From: Candidatus Omnitrophota bacterium
Lineage (GTDB): Bacteria; Omnitrophota; Gorgyraeia; Zapsychrales; Fredricksoniimonadaceae
DNA length: 64,000 nt
NCBI GenBank assembly: GCA_044225175.1
Contig: JBGAJA010000006.1
Coordinates: 65,049-129,048 of the forward strand
Direction: 5' to 3'
Shown: in pieces, positions 44,558-53,801 of the stretch
Position numbering within the stretch: position 1 is the first letter of the stretch
Layout of the letters: the number at the start of each line of letters is the position of its first letter
Notes under the pieces: generated by a model
The model's database searches: none
Seen by the model: the letters and a program-made list of their open reading frames with translations, nothing else
What the model was told of the DNA's origin: nothing
Program-made: the position numbers and the translations under genes

Positions 44558-47011
44558 ATGAATCGTTTCGTTTGCATCCATGGTCATTTCTATCAGCCGC
44601 CTCGAGAAAATCCTTGGTTGAATGAAGTTGAACTTCAAGAATCTGCTCATCCTTATCATGATTGGAATGAGCGCATTAATGCTGAGTGTTATGCGCGTAA
44701 TGCCTTTTCACGCATCCTAGATGATAAGCAAAGAATCATTGATATCGTCAATAATTACTCCAAAATTAGTTTTAATTTTGGTCCTACTTTATTTTCCTGG
44801 TTAGAGCAAAAAGCCCCTCAAACATATGAAGCTATTTTAGAAGCTGATCGCAATAGTCAAAAGAATTTCTCTGGTCATGGCAGTGCTTTAGCGCAGGTTT
44901 ATAACCATATGATTATGCCCTTAGCTAATACGAGGGATAAACGCACCCAAATATTATGGGGAATTAAAGATTTTGAATATCGATTCAATCGAAAGCCTGA
45001 AGGGATGTGGCTTGGCGAAACGGCAGTTGATTTAGAAACTCTTGATATTATGGCTGAGTATGATGTGAAATTTACAATCTTAGCGCCTCATCAAGGGAAG
45101 ATGATCAGGAAAATTAAGGATGTCCAATGGCAGGACCTTCAAGGGCAAAAGGTGGATTATCGTCGAGCTTATCTTTGTCGATTACCTTCGGGAAGATCTA
45201 TCAGCATTTTCTTTTATGAAGGATCTATTGCTCAAGAAGTTGCTTTTAATGGGCTTTTAAATAATGGAGGAAATTTTGCTCATCGCCTGATGTCTAATTT
45301 TGAAAATCATAATCATGAACCTCAATTAGTGAATATTGCGACTGATGGGGAGACATATGGGCATCATCATAAATTTGGCGATATGGCTTTAGCCTACTGT
45401 TTACAGTCAATGGAATCTCAGGAACACACTCAATTAACGATTTATGGCGAATATTTAGAGAAATTTCCTCCTACATATGAAGTCATGATTGAAGAGAATT
45501 CATCATGGAGTTGTTTTCATGGTATTGAAAGATGGAGATCTAATTGCGGTTGTCATACCGGCGGGCAGCCAGGATGGAATCAGCATTGGCGCAAACCTTT
45601 AAGGGAAGCATTGGATTGGCTGCGAGATGAGCTGGCTAAAGTTTACGAAGAGGAGATTAGTACTTTTGCGCCAGAAGCCTGGATTCTTAGAAATCAATAT
45701 ATTGAGTTAATCCTGGATCGTACTCCTGAGAATACTCAGAAATTCATTGATAATCATATTTCTAAACCTTTAAATGAAGAAGAACGCATCAAACTATTTA
45801 AGCTTCTGGAAATGCAATACAACGCTCTTTTGATGTATACCTCTTGCGGCTGGTTTTTTGCAGATATTTCTGGGATTGAGACCATACAAATTCTTAAATA
45901 TGCTGCGCGCGCTATTCAATTGGCCCATGAAGCAACATCGGTTGATTTAGAAGAAGGGTTTATAAGAAGATTGGAAGAATCGCGTAGTAATGTGCCGGAA
46001 TACAAAAATGGGGCCCATGTTTATAAGACTTTTGTCAAACCTTCGATCGTCGATCTTCCTAGAGTATCAGCCCATTATGCCGTAAGCTCTTTGTTTGAAC
46101 ATTATCCTCCTAAGATTCAAATGTATTGTTACACCATTGAAACTGAATTTTATGAACTCAAAGAGGCTGGACGTTTACGTTTGGCTTTGGGGTATGGCTG
46201 GGTTTCTTCGAATATTACAGGGGAGAAAGCCCATGTGCGATTTGCTGTATTGCATTTGGGGGACCATAATTTCATTGGCGGGATGGATTATCAGAAAAAT
46301 GATGATTTTACTCAGATTTATAATGTATTGTCTGAAGCTTTTTTAGAGAGTAATGTCTCTGAGATCATTCATTTGATCAACATTTACTTTGATGCAAGAA
46401 ATTATTCTTTGTGGGACTTATTCAAGCAGGAACAAGAAACAATATTGAACCATGTTTTACATTCCACCATTGAAGATATGGAATATTCTTTTCGTCAGAT
46501 TTATGAATACCACTATCCTTTAATGCAGATCAAAAATGATACTAGGCTTCCTTTGCCAAGGATGTTAACTACCGTCGTAGAATTCATTCTGACTCGAGAC
46601 TTGGTTGCATTGATAGAGCAGGAAAACTTGCAGGTCGATAAGATGAAGGGGCTTGTTGAGCAAATGAAGAGGTGGGATTTTAAAAGGGATCAAGCTAACT
46701 TTGGATTCCTGGCTAGTAAACGGATGAATGTGTTTATGGAAAAACTTCTGGATCACCCAGATAATATTGAACTTCTTGAGAATGTTACGGTGACTTTTGA
46801 ATTATTAAACCAATTAAACTTCGATTTAGATTTATGGAAAGCACAGAATATTTATTTTTCTTTGGTACTTAAGATTTATCCTGAAATATTAAGCCAAACG
46901 CCAAAAGATGCTTTGGCATTACGTTGGATTGCGTGGATTGAACGTTTGGGAGATGTTTTACAGGTAACCTATAATTCTTCTTCCACTGTTAAAGGACCAG
47001 CTTATATATGA
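44558..47011 (+). CDS. GH57 family glycoside hydrolase with DUF3536
   Basis: HGHFYQPPRENPW, SFNFGPTL, PEGMWL.E, ATDGETYGHH, SWSC.HG.ERW, MYTSCGWFF. Confidence 0.92.
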   Translation: MNRFVCIHGHFYQPPRENPWLNEVELQESAHPYHDWNERINAECYARNAFSRILDDKQRIIDIVNNYSKISFNFGPTLFSWLEQKAPQTYEAILEADRNSQKNFSGHGSALAQVYNHMIMPLANTRDKRTQILWGIKDFEYRFNRKPEGMWLGETAVDLETLDIMAEYDVKFTILAPHQGKMIRKIKDVQWQDLQGQKVDYRRAYLCRLPSGRSISIFFYEGSIAQEVAFNGLLNNGGNFAHRLMSNFENHNHEPQLVNIATDGETYGHHHKFGDMALAYCLQSMESQEHTQLTIYGEYLEKFPPTYEVMIEENSSWSCFHGIERWRSNCGCHTGGQPGWNQHWRKPLREALDWLRDELAKVYEEEISTFAPEAWILRNQYIELILDRTPENTQKFIDNHISKPLNEEERIKLFKLLEMQYNALLMYTSCGWFFADISGIETIQILKYAARAIQLAHEATSVDLEEGFIRRLEESRSNVPEYKNGAHVYKTFVKPSIVDLPRVSAHYAVSSLFEHYPPKIQMYCYTIETEFYELKEAGRLRLALGYGWVSSNITGEKAHVRFAVLHLGDHNFIGGMDYQKNDDFTQIYNVLSEAFLESNVSEIIHLINIYFDARNYSLWDLFKQEQETILNHVLHSTIEDMEYSFRQIYEYHYPLMQIKNDTRLPLPRMLTTVVEFILTRDLVALIEQENLQVDKMKGLVEQMKRWDFKRDQANFGFLASKRMNVFMEKLLDHPDNIELLENVTVTFELLNQLNFDLDLWKAQNIYFSLVLKIYPEILSQTPKDALALRWIAWIERLGDVLQVTYNSSSTVKGPAYI

Positions 47012-48507
47012 GTCACAGAGCAAGCGGCATACTTCTTCATATCAGTTGTTTACCATCTAATTATGGAATTGGAGATTTTGGTCCCCATGCTTATGCCTTT
47101 ATAGATTTTCTTAAGAATTCTGGCCAAACCTATTGGCAAATGCTTCCACTTAATCCGACCGATGGGATTAATGGTCATTCTCCTTATAGCTGTTTTTCCG
47201 CTTTTGCTGGAAATTCTTTATTGATTAGCCCTGATTTCTTAGTCATTGATGGTTTTCTTAAGCCAGGTGATTTAAAAAACAATCCAGACTTTGAAAAAGA
47301 TCAAATTGATTATCCTAAAGTAATTCCTTTCAAGCACAAACTTCTGGATTTAGCTTTTAAGAATTTCCAAGCGCAGGAGAGGAAAGCTGATTATGATGAT
47401 TTTCTGGTACAAAATAAATCTTGGTTAATTGATTTTGCTATTTTTTCCGCTGCTAAATCTAAATATTCGGGTCTTTGTTGGGAGCAATGGCCAGCTACTT
47501 TGAAGGACCGTAATTCACGTACTTTGGCTACTTTTGCTAAAAAACATTCGGACGAAATTGAGCTGACCAAATTCACCCAATATGTATTTTATCGTCAATG
47601 GGGGCGATTAAAGGCTTATGCTAATAGTAAGGGGATCAGCATTATTGGCGATATTCCCATTTATGTGAATTATGATAGTGTGGATGTATGGTGTCATAGG
47701 TCTTATTTCAAATTGGATAAAAAAGGCGAATTGAAATTTATCAGCGGCTGTCCGCCCGATTATTTTTCTAAAACTGGCCAACGCTGGGGAAATCCAGTCT
47801 ATGATTGGGTAAATATTAAGAAAAATAAATATTCATGGTGGGTCAAGCGTATTGCTCATAATTTGTCGATGTTTGATTATTTACGTATTGATCATTTTCG
47901 TGGTTTTTGTTCTTTTTGGCAGATTCCAGCTCATGAAAAGCTCGCTGTCTTTGGACAGTGGATCAAAGGTCCAGGAGAAGAATTCTTTAATTATTTACTT
48001 AGACATTTTAAATATCTGCCTCTTATTGCAGAAGATTTAGGTGAGGTCAGTAATGAAGTTTTGCTTTTAATGCGTCGATTTCAGTTTCCTGGAATGAGAG
48101 TATTGTTATTTGCTTTTACAGGGGAACCTAAAAGAAATCCACATGTACCAGCTAACTATCCGGAAAATTCTGTAGCCTATACGGGAACCCACGATAATAA
48201 TACTGTCCAAGGCTGGTACTATCAGGAAGCCAAGGAGCATGAGAGAGCCAATATTAAAATTGTTCTGGGAGTCAAGCCTGTTCCTCGACAATTACATTGG
48301 CAAATGATAGAAGCACTCTTTAAATCGAAATCGAATACTGTGATTGTTCCTTTACAAGATGTTTTTGGCCTGGATGCTTCTTCACGAATGAATACGCCGG
48401 CAACTAAATCTCATAATTGGAGATGGCGTTTTGAAGCAGGAGCATTAACAGCCTCCTTATCTGCTAAACTTTTAAGAATTACTCGTCGAACAAAGAGGAG
48501 CGAATAA
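47008..48507 (+). CDS. malQ: 4-alpha-glucanotransferase (amylomaltase, GH77)
   Basis: RASGILLHISCLP, GDIPIYV, PPDYFSKTGQRWGNP, RIDHFRG, AEDLG, YTGTHDN. Confidence 0.96.
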   Translation: MSHRASGILLHISCLPSNYGIGDFGPHAYAFIDFLKNSGQTYWQMLPLNPTDGINGHSPYSCFSAFAGNSLLISPDFLVIDGFLKPGDLKNNPDFEKDQIDYPKVIPFKHKLLDLAFKNFQAQERKADYDDFLVQNKSWLIDFAIFSAAKSKYSGLCWEQWPATLKDRNSRTLATFAKKHSDEIELTKFTQYVFYRQWGRLKAYANSKGISIIGDIPIYVNYDSVDVWCHRSYFKLDKKGELKFISGCPPDYFSKTGQRWGNPVYDWVNIKKNKYSWWVKRIAHNLSMFDYLRIDHFRGFCSFWQIPAHEKLAVFGQWIKGPGEEFFNYLLRHFKYLPLIAEDLGEVSNEVLLLMRRFQFPGMRVLLFAFTGEPKRNPHVPANYPENSVAYTGTHDNNTVQGWYYQEAKEHERANIKIVLGVKPVPRQLHWQMIEALFKSKSNTVIVPLQDVFGLDASSRMNTPATKSHNWRWRFEAGALTASLSAKLLRITRRTKRSE

Positions 48508-49128
48508 ATGAATTTATCAAAACAAACATTAACAGTGATTATTATTGTGTGTGTAATCGCTCTTGTGGTTGGTCTTAAAGGTTTGCATTCAAAATCCCCA
48601 GTCAATGTGGATCCAGTGGTAGCCAGGAGCTTAGGATCTGATAAAGCCAGAGTCAATATTGTTGAATTTATTGATTTTGAGTGTCCCGCTTGTGCTCAGG
48701 GATCAAAGATTCTAAAAGACTATGTGGCTAAATATCCCGACCAAATCTATTTGCAAGTAAAATATTATCCTTTGATGAACGTTCATCATCATGCTCTTCA
48801 GGTAGCTGCCTATGGTGAATGTGTGGCTCGACAAGGGAAGTTTTGGCAGTTCTTTGAGCCCTTAATGGTGCAGCAGGCTCAATGGTCCCAATTAGTCAAT
48901 GCCCAAGGTATATTTGACCAAATTGCTCAGGCTGCTGGAGTTAACATGGCTCAATTAAAAACGTGTGTTTCTTCGGATGATGTATCTACAAAGATTATGG
49001 CTGAAAAGAATATTGGCCGCTCGCTGGGAGTGCAGTCAACACCCACATATTTTATTAATACTAAGATGGTTGTAGGAACAAAGTCTTTGAAAGAAGAATT
49101 AGATACGTATTTTCCTAAGGCAAAGTAG
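48508..49128 (+). CDS. DsbA/BdbD-like thioredoxin-fold protein
   Basis: N-terminal TM anchor, EF.DFECPAC (CxxC), GVQSTPTYFIN cis-Pro loop. Confidence 0.9.
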   Translation: MNLSKQTLTVIIIVCVIALVVGLKGLHSKSPVNVDPVVARSLGSDKARVNIVEFIDFECPACAQGSKILKDYVAKYPDQIYLQVKYYPLMNVHHHALQVAAYGECVARQGKFWQFFEPLMVQQAQWSQLVNAQGIFDQIAQAAGVNMAQLKTCVSSDDVSTKIMAEKNIGRSLGVQSTPTYFINTKMVVGTKSLKEELDTYFPKAK

Positions 49129-49152
49129 AGACGGGGCATGCCTCGTCTGTAC
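49125..49152. repeat. REP-like palindrome, GTAG family, overlapping the stop codon of the DsbA-like gene
   Basis: GTAGAGACGGGGCATGCCTCGTCTGTAC; TAG 49126-49128 is the stop. Confidence 0.7.
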
Positions 49153-49162
49153 AAAATCAAAT

Positions 49163-49597
49163 ATGGCCGCTCTATTACGAATCTTCATAGGCTCAATTTT
49201 CTTAGTTTCTGGTTTAGAGAAATTAATAAGTCCTTATCAGAATTTTATGTATGTTATACAAGGCTATGAACTTTTTCCTTCATGGATGGAAAAACTTATT
49301 GCCGTAACTGTTCCATGGGTTGAAGTGTTTGTTGGAATCTTTTTGGTTGTGGGATTGTGGATTAATTTATCTTTAAAAGGAGCTTTATTATTCTTTGGCT
49401 GCTTTATCATAATTGTAGGACAGGCTCTTGTAAGGCGTTTGCCCATTGATCAATGTGGCTGTTTCGGTGAAAGTATTCATATTCCACCTCAATATATCCT
49501 CGTTTTTGACAGTTTTATGCTTTTAACTGTGTTTTGGCTTCTTCGAAACATGACTAAAGCTCAGCGGTTTAGCTTAGATAAGAAAACGTTTTCTTAA
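49163..49597 (+). CDS. MauE/DoxX family redox-associated membrane protein
   Basis: LRIFIG.IFLVSG.EK, VPWVE, IDQCGCFG motif. Confidence 0.88.
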   Translation: MAALLRIFIGSIFLVSGLEKLISPYQNFMYVIQGYELFPSWMEKLIAVTVPWVEVFVGIFLVVGLWINLSLKGALLFFGCFIIIVGQALVRRLPIDQCGCFGESIHIPPQYILVFDSFMLLTVFWLLRNMTKAQRFSLDKKTFS

Positions 49598-49613
49598 ACT
49601 ATCCCTCCAGACC

Positions 49614-49641
49614 TTGACATTCCCTTTGCACATGGCATACT
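49614..49641 (+). promoter_or_regulatory. Putative sigma70 promoter for the 49678 gene
   Basis: TTGACA-16 nt-CATACT with TG extension; GAGG RBS downstream. Confidence 0.5.
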
Positions 49642-49677
49642 TTTATAGAAGATAAAAATTGTGGATGAGGAATTTAA

Positions 49678-52600
49678 ATGAAGCAAAATACTTTTAACCC
49701 CAAAAAAGTAGCATATCAAAACCTGCGTAAAACAATTACAAGCGTTGTTCTCACAGCTTTTTTTTGTACTTCCTTACATAATCCATCTTATGCACAATCT
49801 GTATCGGGCAATATGCCTTGGATGCCAAAGCCAGGGGTAATTGTCCGTTTAAGCCCTGAATTTAAACCAGCACATTTACTGGGAATGACCATTCATGGGG
49901 ACAATGCTTTAAAGTTTGATTTTATTGTTCATCGTGGTGATAACCCATTAACTGAAGATCAGAAAAAAGAAGAATATAATAAGCTTATTAAATATTTTCT
50001 AGCTTCTTTGACTATTCCTGATGAAAACCAATGGGTCAACCTTTCGCCTTATGAAAAGAACCGCATTATTAAGGAAGACTTTGGAACAACAGAAATGGGA
50101 CGTGATCTTTTAGCCCAGGATTACGTGTTAAAACAAATCACATCCAGTCTTATTTATCCTGAAGATAATCTAGGAAAGAAGTTTTGGGATAAGGTGTATG
50201 ACCGTGCTTGGAAAGAATATGGCACAACAAATGTCCCTGTAAATACCTTTAATAAGGTTTGGATTATTCCTGATGAAGCAGTTGTTTATGAAAGCGGTAA
50301 TACTGCTTATGTGCTTCGTAATCATTTGAAGGTCATGTTGGAAGAAGATTATGTCTCTTTAGATAAACATAGTGGAATTACAAATAATAAACCTACTGTT
50401 AGCAATACCAATAAAGCACATAGCCTGGCTTCACAAATTATTAAGGACATTGTTCTCCCTGAGTTAGAAAGGGAAGTTAATGAAGGGCAGAATTTTGCTA
50501 ATCTTCGTCAGATTTATAGCGGGATGATTTTGGCTACATGGTACAAGAAAGCATTGAAAGAAAGTTTATTAGGACAAATTTATGTTAATCGATCTAAGGT
50601 CAAAGGAGTTGAACAGAACCCTCAAAATAATCAAGTCATTTATCAGCAATACTTAAAAGCCTTTAAGAAAGGTGTATTTAACTACATTAAAGAAGATGTA
50701 GACAAATACACCAAGGAGAGTATTCCTCGTAAATATTTCTCTGGTGGAACAATCAACGATTATGCCCAGGTCACAAAATTCTTAAAAAAAGGAGATTCTT
50801 TGCCAGAGAACATTGATTTTGCTTCTCTTGCAACAGGGATTGCTGACCTTGCGACTGTGGTAATTGATGGTTCAGGTAATAATGCAAGTTTTAATGGTCG
50901 CGATTCAGTAGTGGAAGTTCTTAGGTTATTACAAGGAGGAGGCCTTTCTAATGCAGAAAGAAATGGGTGGCAGGCGTTGGGAAGGTTGGCGGGAACAGAA
51001 GCTTTGGAAGTCAAAAGAAGAATTATGGATGCTGAGTTAATCGTGTATGACAGAGAAGGAAGGGCTATTAGAAGAACATTCTTTAACGGAAACTCTTTGA
51101 TAGACCAAGTTCAAATTTTATTTAAGGAAGGTCAACAGGTTCTTTTTCTTGATGAATCTTCTGAAGTATCAAGTAGCAGTCAAATGGTTGCTGTCCCTTC
51201 GGTCAGGGGAAATTCAAAAGGAATTATCCTTTCTGAGACATCTAGAGCCCCTGAAATAGCGCGTAAATTAGGAGCTCTGTTTTCTTCATTGATCTACATA
51301 ACAGAAACTAAACCTACAATAACGTATCTTGGTTTGTATCCTTCATTAGATAGAGGTTCCAAAGATTTTCAAAAAGGGCCAAATGCCATTGATAAAAATA
51401 ATAAAGATAAGACTACCTCTGCGTATAAACTTAATGGGTTTACAACTCTACCGGTAGTTCTGAGTCAAAGTATGAATGAAAGGGTATTAGAAAGAAGCAT
51501 AGGTACTTTTAGTAATCGAAAAAGAGGAATGGTAGGTGTTGCTGTTGAGTCGTTTGAAAAAATACCTAATGGGTTACTTGCACTTTCAAATGAAAGATTT
51601 TATTTAGTCTCTATTTATGTGCAAGTTCCTTCTAGTATCCCTCACGTGGATACTGGCAGAAATTCTGCGATAACTGTTAACTTTTATATGACAAAATCTG
51701 AGCTAGATCAATTTACGAGTTTGATTCAACAGTCACCTGAAGCATTGATTTATGCGTTTCAAGAAAATTCAGACGTAAATCTTAGTAATATTTTTAAAGG
51801 GATGATGGGAGATGCGCTGAAAGAGGGTATAGGGTTCTATGGTCCTACTAATTTAGGTCAATATCCGTTGGAAGGTCTTATATCTTCTGACGAGTTAAGG
51901 TCTATTATTTCAGCTGATGCGGCATTGATTGCGGGGAAAGATAAGGCCCTTTTAGAAAAAGTATTCCTAGGAACTCTTCAGATGTTGAGTAAATCTGGAC
52001 TATTGGGAGATGAGGTAGCACGAGAAAGAGTATATGAACGTTTATTTCCTCATTTAAAACCTTTGAGAGGTATGATTTCTACTGCATTGACAAACAAACC
52101 TACTATTGAGAGTGTACAAGAAATACCAGAATTTGTGGCTGCAGTTAACAATTTATTTACACCAGAGCAGGTAGCGCGTGATTTTACTAGTTTTTCAAAA
52201 GATGCACGAGATATTAGTAATCTAAAACAAGTTTTTATTAATGATTTCAATCAATTCTTAAGATTAATCAAAAACTTTTCTGAGACTAGAGTTGTATTAA
52301 GTGCTAATAAAATCATTCTTTCAGATGTTCTTTCGGATTTATATGATCTCTCCAATAAAATAATCCAGAATAAGACTTCTGTTGTAGAGTTGCAAAAAGC
52401 AGTTGAGGCTCTTCTTTTAAAACAACCGGAAGCCGCTCGACCATCCTTAAGGGAGATTTTATTAAAAGAAGTAAAAAGAATGCATAGTCAATTGAAGCTA
52501 AAAGAAGTCGTGTTGGAGAAAAGCAATCAAGTATTAGCAGATTTAAAAGCAAGAGGGGTGATTGGTGAGCTAGATGCAGTTAATGCAAGGGAGAAATTGA

Positions 52601-53736
52601 TAAATCTAAGAGTACTTGTTGAACAGAATCCTAAAGTGGGAGCTATTGCACAGATCGGAGAACTCAAGAATCGAATCGCTGCATTATTTAATGGAGATGG
52701 TAATGTTTTGCCTGGAGTGTCTAAAGCTGAGATTGCCGCTCTTCGGACATTTTTAGAAGAGGATTTAAGTAGTTATTTAGAGTTAATTACAGCTTTTTCT
52801 AAAACGCGAGAAGCTTTAAAAGGTGATCCAGATTCTTGGGATGCTATTATCTTTGATTTATACGCTATTGATAGGCATGATTTGGAGAGAATCTTTGCTA
52901 AGGTGTTATCAAAAGTTCCTGAAATTATTAAACTAATAGGAACTCCAAATCAAGAGGCAGGGAGAGAGGCTTTAACTGCTGATTTAAATGCTATCAAAGA
53001 TAATGCCATGTCATCGATAAATAGGGTAAACACACCTGGAGTTAATCGATTTGGGGATTCAATAGTTCCTCCCGTGGAAAGAAGTTCAAACACAGGAGCA
53101 TACGAGAGAGGGACTCTTCCTCAAGATCAAAGGGGGGCATTTCGACTACCATCTCAACAAGAAGACCCACAGCCTCTACCTCGTCAAGAAGATAGTACTA
53201 CGATAACTCTATCTCAAGGTGCTACATTTAATATCTTTCCTGATGAAGCAAAGTTTAACCGATTGGTTATCTCAAATTCTTCTGATTCTAAAATAATAGA
53301 GTTCACTCTGGGGGAGATTCAGAATCTTAAAGAGGGGAATTATAATGGATTTACTGTTACTAGAAATGAAGGAGAGTTGCCTAAAGTAGGAGAAATAACT
53401 GCACCGTGGAAACTCCAAGAAATGTCGAGACGGTCTGTGACAATAACTGCCACTAGAGATTTAAGAATTACAACTTTTACGAATCCAGCCATGCTTAATA
53501 GTACATCGGATAAACAAGATAAACTTGGTGGTATCGATTTAAATTCAGCCAATTTGAATTTACAAATTAAACGTGATGGTAAAGGTGTTCCATTACCTTT
53601 GAATCAACAGGACATGGCGCAACTCATGCAAATTCAAGGCTTTATTCCCAAAATCATTGAAATCACGCCTGCTGCCGGTCTTCCAATCTTCAGTGAACTC
53701 AAACAAAAGCTAAAACCTGCAAGTAGCTTATCGTAA
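49678..53736 (+). CDS. Large secreted modular protein: conserved N-terminal domain + unrelated cargo modules + GGIDL C-terminal domain (paralog of 36957..42179)
   Basis: Signal peptide (SYA-Q); shared motifs KYFLASLTIP, WVNLSPYEK, TEMGRDLLAQDY.LKQIT, PVNTFNKVWI, LKVMLEEDY, RKYFSGG; C-terminal GGIDL..GF.P.II.IT. Confidence 0.9.
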   Translation: MKQNTFNPKKVAYQNLRKTITSVVLTAFFCTSLHNPSYAQSVSGNMPWMPKPGVIVRLSPEFKPAHLLGMTIHGDNALKFDFIVHRGDNPLTEDQKKEEYNKLIKYFLASLTIPDENQWVNLSPYEKNRIIKEDFGTTEMGRDLLAQDYVLKQITSSLIYPEDNLGKKFWDKVYDRAWKEYGTTNVPVNTFNKVWIIPDEAVVYESGNTAYVLRNHLKVMLEEDYVSLDKHSGITNNKPTVSNTNKAHSLASQIIKDIVLPELEREVNEGQNFANLRQIYSGMILATWYKKALKESLLGQIYVNRSKVKGVEQNPQNNQVIYQQYLKAFKKGVFNYIKEDVDKYTKESIPRKYFSGGTINDYAQVTKFLKKGDSLPENIDFASLATGIADLATVVIDGSGNNASFNGRDSVVEVLRLLQGGGLSNAERNGWQALGRLAGTEALEVKRRIMDAELIVYDREGRAIRRTFFNGNSLIDQVQILFKEGQQVLFLDESSEVSSSSQMVAVPSVRGNSKGIILSETSRAPEIARKLGALFSSLIYITETKPTITYLGLYPSLDRGSKDFQKGPNAIDKNNKDKTTSAYKLNGFTTLPVVLSQSMNERVLERSIGTFSNRKRGMVGVAVESFEKIPNGLLALSNERFYLVSIYVQVPSSIPHVDTGRNSAITVNFYMTKSELDQFTSLIQQSPEALIYAFQENSDVNLSNIFKGMMGDALKEGIGFYGPTNLGQYPLEGLISSDELRSIISADAALIAGKDKALLEKVFLGTLQMLSKSGLLGDEVARERVYERLFPHLKPLRGMISTALTNKPTIESVQEIPEFVAAVNNLFTPEQVARDFTSFSKDARDISNLKQVFINDFNQFLRLIKNFSETRVVLSANKIILSDVLSDLYDLSNKIIQNKTSVVELQKAVEALLLKQPEAARPSLREILLKEVKRMHSQLKLKEVVLEKSNQVLADLKARGVIGELDAVNAREKLINLRVLVEQNPKVGAIAQIGELKNRIAALFNGDGNVLPGVSKAEIAALRTFLEEDLSSYLELITAFSKTREALKGDPDSWDAIIFDLYAIDRHDLERIFAKVLSKVPEIIKLIGTPNQEAGREALTADLNAIKDNAMSSINRVNTPGVNRFGDSIVPPVERSSNTGAYERGTLPQDQRGAFRLPSQQEDPQPLPRQEDSTTITLSQGATFNIFPDEAKFNRLVISNSSDSKIIEFTLGEIQNLKEGNYNGFTVTRNEGELPKVGEITAPWKLQEMSRRSVTITATRDLRITTFTNPAMLNSTSDKQDKLGGIDLNSANLNLQIKRDGKGVPLPLNQQDMAQLMQIQGFIPKIIEITPAAGLPIFSELKQKLKPASSLS

Positions 53737-53801
53737 TTGTTATCGTCAACAACCTGCCTTTTTGTTGGTAATGATCTTCTGCTATTGATATACTAAATAT
53801 T

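Noticed and set aside
42240-48507. Glycogen genes between the two large paralogs as part of the same system
   Set aside because: glgB, GH57/DUF3536 and malQ form a common carbon-storage cluster with its own putative promoter; no evidence of a functional link beyond proximity.
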